IMG/VR virus record: IMGVR_UViG_3300036715_004471
Coordinates: 310,001 to 374,000 of that record
Reading direction: 5' to 3' (one strand)
Length of the DNA stretch: 64,000 nucleotides
A program made the translations under genes and the position numbers. Below, piece after piece: positions 49,617 to 57,304 of the stretch (position 1 is its first letter; the number at the start of each line of letters is the position of its first letter). The notes beneath the pieces are model-generated. The model saw only the letters and a list, made by a program, of their open reading frames with translations. It was not told the origin of the DNA and made no database searches.

Positions 49617-49700
49617 TGGTGTCAATGGAGGGACTTGAACCCTCAAACCTTTCGGTGCTGGCTTCTTAGACCAGTGCGTATGCCATTCCGCCACATTGAC
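49617..49700 (-). tRNA. tRNA-Leu(AAG)
   Basis: GTCAATG/CATTGAC, CTGGT-CTAAGAA-GCCAG, long V-arm, ACCA. Confidence 0.88.
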
Positions 49701-49703
49701 ATT

Positions 49704-49788
49704 TGGTGCGATCGGAGGGACTTGAACCCTCACACCTTTCGGCACAGGCTTCTAAGACCTGCGTGTCTGCCAATTCCACCACGATCGC
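49704..49788 (-). tRNA. tRNA-Leu(UAG)
   Basis: GCGATCG/CGATCGC, CAGGT-CTTAGAA-GCCTG, long V-arm, ACCA. Confidence 0.9.
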
Positions 49789-49794
49789 ATAACA

Positions 49795-50388
49795 TTATGT
49801 TGTGATATTATTATATTTATTACAACATATTCTACACATTTCACTTTTTCTTTTCTTTTTCAAAACAGTGAAGCATTTCTTACACTCATATATCTTTACT
49901 TCTTTTTTCTTGTGATGATTCTTGCCAGCAAAAGTTTCAGTTTGCGAATGGCAATTAGGACAAAGTAATCTAAGATTTTCTAAACTATTATCACTATGTA
50001 TACCATTGATGTGATCTAATTGTAGAGATAATGGATTATTATTCCAAATTGGATCTATTTTACAATTTTGGCATTTGTTCTCTAACACGCCATCTTTTAT
50101 GAGACGTTTTTTCAAATTATTAGAAGAAACATATGTGATATTGTTAGAAAGAATATCATTTAAGTTTTTTGATTTCTTCCAATTATGTTTTTTTCCAAGC
50201 AAAAACCCTTGCCCCAAAAAATGACTGTAATCAAGATTGAATTTTTTCAATGCAGTTTTCAAAGCTACATACGCCGCACTTGTTGCTGTATAATTCAATT
50301 TATCTAAAACATCTCTAAATGATTCAGAGTTAGGAAGCACTTCTCTTAATTTATTTTCTTCGAAAACAAACTTCTTATGATTTGGCAT
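49795..50388 (-). CDS. HNH homing endonuclease (paralog of 8455-9198)
   Basis: LSLQLDHINGIHSDNSLENLRLLCPNCHSQT; start MPNHKK. Confidence 0.88.
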   Translation of the reverse strand: MPNHKKFVFEENKLREVLPNSESFRDVLDKLNYTATSAAYVALKTALKKFNLDYSHFLGQGFLLGKKHNWKKSKNLNDILSNNITYVSSNNLKKRLIKDGVLENKCQNCKIDPIWNNNPLSLQLDHINGIHSDNSLENLRLLCPNCHSQTETFAGKNHHKKKEVKIYECKKCFTVLKKKRKSEMCRICCNKYNNITT

Positions 50389-50423
50389 ACGTATATATTG
50401 TATTATTGATAGGCGCATGCCAT

Positions 50424-50885
50424 TTATAGTTTCTTATGTTTATAGTGTTTGAAATTATCGTAAAAATCATTACTTATCTTATTCCAAGGAGCAAAACAGA
50501 GTTGATATGGTCCTGCTTTTCTTCGAGCAATCTTGATAATTTCTGATCCAATTCCTTGTCGACGATAAAGGTAAGAGATGAATATCTCGAACAGGACGCC
50601 TTGATGGGACTTAAATCCACTCTGTGACCTTTTGAAATAATAATCACTAGACTCTCTGGACATTAAAGCCCAGCCTACTAATTCTTCACTTACATAAGCT
50701 AAAATAACTTTAGCTTTTACTTCACGAGTCTTGGCAATCTTTTCAAATGAATTCAATTCATGATTCATTCCTGAAAAATGATCTAATGTTAGTTTTCTTA
50801 GGTTTTTAAGAAGATCCTTATCATTTGCAATTTCATTAAAACTTTTGACACGAATAGTTAAATCTCTTTTCAAATCTACAGTCAT
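50424..50885 (-). CDS. GNAT-family acetyltransferase
   Basis: IFISYLYRRQGIGSEII acetyl-CoA motif. Confidence 0.75.
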   Translation of the reverse strand: MTVDLKRDLTIRVKSFNEIANDKDLLKNLRKLTLDHFSGMNHELNSFEKIAKTREVKAKVILAYVSEELVGWALMSRESSDYYFKRSQSGFKSHQGVLFEIFISYLYRRQGIGSEIIKIARRKAGPYQLCFAPWNKISNDFYDNFKHYKHKKL

Positions 50886-50910
50886 AATCTTAAATTGATA
50901 AATAATTATA

Positions 50911-50995
50911 TGGTGCCAATGAAGGGAGTCGAACCCTTATGCCCGAAGGCGCTGGAGTTTGAAGCCAGTGCGTCTGCCAGTTCCGCCACATTGGC
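50911..50995 (-). tRNA. tRNA-Leu(CAA)
   Basis: GCCAATG/CATTGGC, CTGGC-TTCAAAC-TCCAG, V-arm GCCTTCGGGC, ACCA. Confidence 0.88.
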
Positions 50996-51045
50996 ATGTG
51001 TAGGATCATACTGATTTATTAGTATGTCTGATACCTACATCTTAA

Positions 51046-51534
51046 TCATTCTGATTTTTCCGTCAAGGTCGGATTAATGTAAATAATATCCTCATCGTTT
51101 TTTACAGATTTGGCATATTCTACACAATTCCCGGTGCCTCCGGTCGTACCATCCCAAACAGCAATAAGTTTGTTACAATTGTCAACCATCCACTTATTTC
51201 TAATCTGCATTTTTTCATAAGAATAAGTGCCAGGACTAACAATAATAACTTCAGACGCTAAGCCAATTAATTTGGCATAAATCTTTTGAGATTTTTGTGG
51301 CCATCTTGATTCTTGATCTTTGAATGGAACTGCCGCAATAAATGGAATATTAAGTTTATGTGCTATGTTTGCCGCCCATTGATCTACTCCAAGAGCCATT
51401 CCAGTAATTACTTTATCTGGATTTAGGGCTTTTAGATTCTTTTCGATCTCTTGACAAACTTTTATATAGGTTGGATTAGGAAGATCATATCCTCCCAATT
51501 TATTCGGTCGATGTCCAGTAAATGCTACTATCAT
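51046..51534 (-). CDS. DUF1273/YspA SLOG-family protein
   Basis: AFTGHRP, TGMALGVDQWAA, RNKWMVD, WDGTTGGTGNCV. Confidence 0.88.
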   Translation of the reverse strand: MIVAFTGHRPNKLGGYDLPNPTYIKVCQEIEKNLKALNPDKVITGMALGVDQWAANIAHKLNIPFIAAVPFKDQESRWPQKSQKIYAKLIGLASEVIIVSPGTYSYEKMQIRNKWMVDNCNKLIAVWDGTTGGTGNCVEYAKSVKNDEDIIYINPTLTEKSE

Positions 51535-51538
51535 AAAT

Positions 51539-52137
51539 TCACAAAAATGTTAACATGGTTTTTAGTTTGTTAGGAAATTGTTCTGGTGTAAATGAAAGTT
51601 CGTAATCAAATTTTGCAATTAATTGTGGCTGAATTGTTCTGTATAATCTTGTTTCACAATCATTTCGAATTACTAACATATAATTGCCATATGACATGAT
51701 CCATTCATCATATTCATTATTAAATAGTTGTTTATAATAACTGACCTTTACCGGTCTGTGCCTATTACAAACATTAAATTCCATTTTTCTAAAACAAAAT
51801 TTACATTTATCCATTACAAAAAAGTCAATATAGTTTTTAATTTGTTGGGGAATTCTTCTGGAGCAAATGGTAATTCATAATTGAATTTTTTGATGGACTG
51901 ATAATAATCAGAAGCTTTCTTAGCTTCTTTGTTTATCTTTTGGAGGGACGTTCCACCATAAAAATAACTCAAAACATATCCTCCATAAAATACTTTCCAT
52001 ACATCTCCAAATCTTAAATAAGATTTGTAAGTAACTTTTGATGGTTGATGGTTATTACATTTGACTATTTGGTAGTCGGTTCCACTAAAACGTTTTGTTT
52101 CAAATACCATTTCACGGTTACAAAACTTGCATTTCAT
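51539..52137 (-). CDS. tandem paralogs (51539-51814, 51814-52137): CxxC N-terminus, C-terminal F-x motif
   Basis: CKFC..M.F; F.YEL.F.PE.FPNKLKT[MI]LTFL. Confidence 0.75.
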
Positions 52138-52773
52138 GATTCGTCTTTACAATCAGGGTCATGGCACCAACCACATGCACTTTCTACCTGAGCAGGCGGC
52201 GTTAGATCTGCTGCATTTTCTAAATGCCTAAACAAATCATTATCCGCCCACTCTTCCATGGTTTTAGGATCCTTATGTGGATAGGGCTGCGGAGTGTTCA
52301 TTTCCTCAGTTTCAATCAATTCTACGAAAGAATCTCTTAGAGATTGATATTCTCCATTTCTTTGGAGATAGAAGATTCCTATTTGTTTGGCACCGAGCAC
52401 TCCTAAGTGCTCACACTTCACTTTTACCTTACCATGAATAAGGGTATTGATATTTGCCGCAAATTCAAAAACTTTATCGTGCTCATCAAAAGTTAACACA
52501 ATAGGAAGGTTAACAGCAATTTCTTTAGGCTTAATATTCATTGAAAAATCCTTCAGCTAACTCTTTTATATGCTCTCTTCTATAAGAAGGGGCGTTACGA
52601 TCAGTTAACCAATATAATAATCTAATCCACCATACTTGTTGTGTGGCATATCTAATTTGACCATTTAAACGATCAATTTCACATTTACCACATTCATAAA
52701 CGTAATTTGTGTCGGCATATGCTCGTCCATAATGTCCACAGCCGGTACAATCAGTATGTTTTACCACTCCCAC
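52134..52773 (-). CDS. two hypothetical proteins (52134-52541, 52531-52773)
   Basis: Operon packing; CxxC motifs. Confidence 0.55.
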
Positions 52774-52779
52774 ATTACC

Positions 52780-53442
52780 TCATATGTCAAATACTACTGG
52801 TTTATTCACCGCTACATGCCTGTAAGTATCGCCACAAATAGCTGCATTAACAAATTGCACATTTGCAGGTCCAATTAAAGTTCCGTGACCTGAATGAATA
52901 TGACCAAAAATATGCGCTTTTAAATTAGACAGTTGATTAACTCTGTTTAACAAATCCTCGCAACCAAGTTTTTCTGCTGGAAAAAATGGATGCTCTTCTA
53001 GTAAAGAATCTAGAATTCCAAAAGGAGGACCATGTGTAATTAATACTTGAGTATCATCGGGAATGGCTTCCCAAACTCTGGCGATATCTGGTCCTCGCTG
53101 CACATTCCATTCCCAATCATGAAACCAGGGCTGAACTGGAGATCCATAAAACTTGATGCCTTCAATTTCAGCCGCACTATTTTCCAGATAAGTAATGCCA
53201 AATTGTTTGGGTGTGGCTAAAGCTTCTTCTCTCTTAGGACCATAGGAAAATCCTATTTCATGATTTCCATAAATCATAACCTTGTGCTTAAAATCTTGTG
53301 CTTTCATCCAGGCACAAAATTTATACAAGGCTGCTAAGGATCCCTTTTTTGTAATATCTCCCGCACAAACTAACATATCACCTTCTGGTAAGATAATATT
53401 ATCTTCTTGTTCATGCGTGTCGGAAATAGCAACTATTCTCAT
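52780..53442 (-). CDS. calcineurin-like metallophosphoesterase
   Basis: ISDTH, AGD, GNHE, THGPP, FGHIH. Confidence 0.92.
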   Translation of the reverse strand: MRIVAISDTHEQEDNIILPEGDMLVCAGDITKKGSLAALYKFCAWMKAQDFKHKVMIYGNHEIGFSYGPKREEALATPKQFGITYLENSAAEIEGIKFYGSPVQPWFHDWEWNVQRGPDIARVWEAIPDDTQVLITHGPPFGILDSLLEEHPFFPAEKLGCEDLLNRVNQLSNLKAHIFGHIHSGHGTLIGPANVQFVNAAICGDTYRHVAVNKPVVFDI

Positions 53443-53642
53443 TCTGCCTCCATCTTCGTGCTCACCCCTCGTGTGATGGGAGAGACGACCTTTCTTACCG
53501 AATTATCTATCTTTTTCACATTAATCAAAATGGCATAACCATCGCCTTCTGATATAACTACGCTCCAGTTATACCAAGCATAATTGGATAATTTCATTTT
53601 GAGTGACATGCGAGCTTGATTGGCTTCTGAAAATGTTACCAT
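53439..53642 (-). CDS. hypothetical protein
   Basis: 67 aa, GGTGA RBS. Confidence 0.55.
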   Translation of the reverse strand: MVTFSEANQARMSLKMKLSNYAWYNWSVVISEGDGYAILINVKKIDNSVRKVVSPITRGVSTKMEAE

Positions 53643-53650
53643 AATTCACC

Positions 53651-54367
53651 TTATTGTTTATAGGTTTTGTTATTTACAATATAAAACATGATTGGTTGTG
53701 AAACGCCGTATTTCACGCCCAAATCTTTTTGGGAAATATTTCCAATAGCATATTCTTCTCTAATTTTAACTATTTGTTCATTGGTCAATTTTGCTTTAGG
53801 ATGTTTTTCGCCAACTAATTTTTTGTGAGCATCAGACATCCTTTTTTTAGTATTTTCTGATTTACATTTATTTATTTGACTATTTCTAATTTTTTCTTTT
53901 GTTTCATCAGAAACTGCATGACCAATTAATACACTACTTACTTTTTCTTTCCATTCTTCAGTATGAGGATTTAATTTGCCAATGTTACTTTCAGAAATCT
54001 TCTTTCTCGATTCTTCTGAATGATGTTTCCCATACATTGGCTGTTGCTCAGCAGGTAATCCAGTATTCCAAGCCGTTTCGCCACCAGGTGCCAGATTATA
54101 TCCTTTTTCCGGATTACGACTATCATACTGAATAATTAATTGCTTTTCTGTTTCATTAGCATCACTAGATGATTTACATTCTGCTATCACTTCAAATTGA
54201 AAATTCTTAATACCATATTTATTCATAGCTCGATGGATATATTGTTCTGGTTTCTTCTTGGATAACCATTTGTGATCTGACCATCGACGACCAGCATTTA
54301 TAGTTTGCCCAACATAAACCTTATCATTCAATAAATTGGTTATCTTATATAAGCATATTTTTCTCAT
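53651..54367 (-). CDS. GIY-YIG homing endonuclease with NUMOD3 repeats
   Basis: LYKITNLLNDKVYVGQT, GYNL, GKHHSEESRKKIS, C-terminal HTH. Confidence 0.9.
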   Translation of the reverse strand: MRKICLYKITNLLNDKVYVGQTINAGRRWSDHKWLSKKKPEQYIHRAMNKYGIKNFQFEVIAECKSSSDANETEKQLIIQYDSRNPEKGYNLAPGGETAWNTGLPAEQQPMYGKHHSEESRKKISESNIGKLNPHTEEWKEKVSSVLIGHAVSDETKEKIRNSQINKCKSENTKKRMSDAHKKLVGEKHPKAKLTNEQIVKIREEYAIGNISQKDLGVKYGVSQPIMFYIVNNKTYKQ

Positions 54368-54392
54368 ATAGATATAAGAAGTTATTACCAGA

Positions 54393-54968
54393 TTAAGAAA
54401 AAAGCAGCATGGTTTTTATTTTATTGAGTGCAATGTTAGGATGAGAAAAATCTAATTTCACAATTGGAAAATCTGATGTATCATGTTCAGATACAAGTTC
54501 ATCGATTTTGTGTTTAGAAATTAGCATTTTGTCAGAATAATAAAGTAAAGTAATGCTATAATTATGTTTACCATCACTTAATATGGCATTGTCTTTATCT
54601 ATTCCGATATTATATATCTTACCAGAATGAACATCTAAAATGCATGAAGAGCTAACAGTAAAGGTAGTTAAACACTTTTCACAAACCGAAACTATCTGAA
54701 ATGATAATTCTGGTGATTTACCTTGAAAAGAAGTAGTAAAAGAATTGTTTATACCATCAATTTCATATTGAGCTTTATGATTTTTCAATTTAAGAGATGA
54801 TATAGTTATAATGACAGAAATCGAAACGATTTGTTCTTTTTTTGACCAATTTTCTATTACAACACCTGGCAAATCAGAGTTTATAGTTATAGCTCTGCAT
54901 ACATCTTGACATACAGGACAAAAAAGGCACTGTGCCCAAAGTTCTTGAAAGGTGTTGAATATTTTCAT
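54393..54968 (-). CDS. Zn-finger hypothetical protein, paralog of 11855-12439
   Basis: MKIFNTF..CPVC..CEKC; ends KIKTMLLFS. Confidence 0.65.
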   Translation of the reverse strand: MKIFNTFQELWAQCLFCPVCQDVCRAITINSDLPGVVIENWSKKEQIVSISVIITISSLKLKNHKAQYEIDGINNSFTTSFQGKSPELSFQIVSVCEKCLTTFTVSSSCILDVHSGKIYNIGIDKDNAILSDGKHNYSITLLYYSDKMLISKHKIDELVSEHDTSDFPIVKLDFSHPNIALNKIKTMLLFS

Positions 54969-54987
54969 ATTACTATACGGGTAAAAT

Positions 54988-55581
54988 ATGTCTTACAAAA
55001 AAGTATTAGAACTAGCCAATAAATTTGCTCAAAAAACATCTCTTCAGGGTTTTGAACATCAAAAGATGATTCAAAAAGATCAAATACAAGAATTCTTTGA
55101 ACAATTCAAAAGACATCTTAGAGGGATTATCAATGAAATGGATGGAGACTTCATGACATTACGTATCATGGGGTATCCACGACCTCAACTTAAAGAACTT
55201 GGAACTGTATATCACGGATTATTGGAAAAAGCAAATAGACTGAGCGACCAACAACCTCTAGAAAGTACTCAAGAGGTTGTCAGTTTTATTTTCTCCAAAT
55301 CTACTAGAATTCTAATAAATACACTAGAAGCATCTATTCAACATTTCCTAAAAAACAATCGGGTTGATTTTACGCCTGGAGCAGGTCTTACTCATGCTAG
55401 AGTAGATAGTCTCAAAAAAACTATTGCTCTAGTAACTCACGCTCAAACATTCTTAAGTTCACAAACTTCAGAAACAATGAATGTAAATTTGAGTACCTCC
55501 AAAGAGGAATATAATCCAGCCTATACTCAAGAAGGTGGAACTAAAGTTGATGGTAAAAAATCACTTACTGGGAAACAGTGA
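54988..55581 (+). CDS. hypothetical protein (possible virion protein)
   Basis: MSYKKVLELANKFAQKTS; 197 aa. Confidence 0.6.
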   Translation: MSYKKVLELANKFAQKTSLQGFEHQKMIQKDQIQEFFEQFKRHLRGIINEMDGDFMTLRIMGYPRPQLKELGTVYHGLLEKANRLSDQQPLESTQEVVSFIFSKSTRILINTLEASIQHFLKNNRVDFTPGAGLTHARVDSLKKTIALVTHAQTFLSSQTSETMNVNLSTSKEEYNPAYTQEGGTKVDGKKSLTGKQ

Positions 55582-56025
55582 TGGTTGTGATTGAAACAAA
55601 CTATTCCACAAATCTCTAGTCGAAACCGGTGCTGGTGGCGGCGGTGGCACAACTGGCGCAACTACTACTGGTGCCGAAACAACAGGAGGCGGCGAATTAA
55701 TTACCACCGTTGGCGCAGCTGTTGATCGCGTTCTTTTCTGAGCATCATATTTGGAATCCAAATCCCAAGAATCTGCTAATGGATGATACAATAATGCATC
55801 AGCTTTCGTACTATCTGCTAATGTCACAGTAATTGGAGTACGTGCATAACCAGCAGTTTCAATTTCATTAGTAAATAATGAACGAACAATATCTCTAACG
55901 GCACGATGACGAGCAAACGGCGCCGCTAATTTAACAACATTACTAACATCTAATGCTGTAAATAATACTTGATTCTTTACAAAATCCTGCACCTGCTCCA
56001 ATACAATATCTTCTAACTGTTTCAT
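55561..56025 (-). CDS. hypothetical protein with Pro/Val-rich tail
   Basis: AAGGAG RBS; FTALDVS; PPPVVSAPVVVAPVVPPPPPAP. Confidence 0.65.
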   Translation of the reverse strand: MKQLEDIVLEQVQDFVKNQVLFTALDVSNVVKLAAPFARHRAVRDIVRSLFTNEIETAGYARTPITVTLADSTKADALLYHPLADSWDLDSKYDAQKRTRSTAAPTVVINSPPPVVSAPVVVAPVVPPPPPAPVSTRDLWNSLFQSQPSLFPSK

Positions 56026-56082
56026 TTCATTCTCCTTTATTTTTAATGAAGATTGTCCTATCAATAATATGATAAGAGTATT

Positions 56083-56757
56083 ATGATTATCTATCTTATA
56101 ACTAATTTGTTAAATAACAAACAATATGTTGGTCAAACCACTCAATCTCTTGAAAAGAGATGGCGCCGCCACTGTTGGAAATCTACTAGTAAAAATAGCA
56201 TGCCCATATGTCAAGCTATTTCAAAATATGGTAAAGAAAATTTCACCATAAAAATATTAACTTATTGTGAATCACAACAGCGGCTGAATGAACAAGAACT
56301 TTCCTATACTAATGAATTGAAAACATGGTCGCCCAATGGCTATAATTTAAGAGCTGGTGATGGGAGAGGATCTATGTCATTGGAAACTAAAAACAAAATA
56401 TCTACCGCCAATACAGGCAAAAAACGTTCTGTTGAAGCTAAACAAAATATGTCCAATGCCCATAAAGGTAAAATATTGTCATTAAAACAAAGACAAAAAA
56501 TATCAGATGCTAATAAAGGAAGTAATAATGCTTTTTATGGAAAACATCACACGCAAGAAAGCATTGATAAATTTTCTAAAACTTACACCATAATTTCACC
56601 GGAAGGTGAAATTATGATTATAAAAAATATGGCAGAACATTGTCGAAAATATAATCTTCATAAAGGAAATATGAATTCTATGGTTAAAGGCAATAGACCA
56701 TATTGTCAAGGATGGACTTTATACAAAGAAAGTTATTCAGTACCTTCCAATTTGTAA
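56083..56757 (+). CDS. GIY-YIG homing endonuclease with NUMOD3 repeats
   Basis: IYLITNLLNNKQYVGQT, PNGYNL, GKHHTQES. Confidence 0.9.
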   Translation: MIIYLITNLLNNKQYVGQTTQSLEKRWRRHCWKSTSKNSMPICQAISKYGKENFTIKILTYCESQQRLNEQELSYTNELKTWSPNGYNLRAGDGRGSMSLETKNKISTANTGKKRSVEAKQNMSNAHKGKILSLKQRQKISDANKGSNNAFYGKHHTQESIDKFSKTYTIISPEGEIMIIKNMAEHCRKYNLHKGNMNSMVKGNRPYCQGWTLYKESYSVPSNL

Positions 56758-57212
56758 ATACAAACTTTAATATCTTTTGTTTCAACATATTTTGTGAAAT
56801 TATTTAATACGCCAAGATAATATTCCCAATTTCCGCCCGCCGCCCCACAAGCAATTTTCCAAGGGAAAGCAATGCTTTCTAAATCTGGAATCTGAGCAAT
56901 TTTTAACAAACAATTGTAAAAATATTTTTGTCTTGCTAATGTTCCATCTAATGATGAATCAGTATATTTTGGAGAGCCCGGATAATATTGACCCAACATA
57001 TTAATTACATATCTTTGGTCTTTACCATTTCCTGCAATAACAATTGATCCTGGAGTGCTAGGAATAGTTCTTCCAGAATAAATGTCTGCATAGGGATATT
57101 GTATAAAAACATCTTTTGATAAATGAGCCGCTCTTTTAGTTATGCAATTAGTTTGATGACAAAGATATTTTTCTTTACTATCAAAAATATTTCCTGATAT
57201 TATTTCAATCAT
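56733..57212 (-). CDS. macrodomain ADP-ribosylhydrolase (TARG1/DarG-like)
   Basis: IISGNIF..HQTNC, VINMLGQY, IAFPWKIACGAAGGNW. Confidence 0.8.
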   Translation of the reverse strand: MIEIISGNIFDSKEKYLCHQTNCITKRAAHLSKDVFIQYPYADIYSGRTIPSTPGSIVIAGNGKDQRYVINMLGQYYPGSPKYTDSSLDGTLARQKYFYNCLLKIAQIPDLESIAFPWKIACGAAGGNWEYYLGVLNNFTKYVETKDIKVCIYKLEGTE

Positions 57213-57292
57213 AAATAATCCGTTATATTTTCTAAAGCCCAATCATTAATTTTTAGCCCATAACCAAAACTGGCAGTTGCGTCAATTCCCAT
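57209..57292 (-). CDS. 27-aa peptide between the PARP and macrodomain genes
   Basis: AGGAG RBS; MGIDATASFGYGLKINDWALENITDYL*; ATGA overlap with the macrodomain start. Confidence 0.45.
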   Translation of the reverse strand: MGIDATASFGYGLKINDWALENITDYL

Positions 57293-57304
57293 AAATACTC
57301 CTAA

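Noticed and set aside
50911-50995. Possible opal (UCA) or Sec anticodon in CTTCAAACT
   Set aside because: The symmetric register gives TT-CAA-AC, and the body is a standard tRNA-Leu with A73.
53651-56757. Group I introns around the GIY-YIG genes
   Set aside because: Flanking genes are complete and there is no room for intron core sequence; the endonucleases are free-standing.
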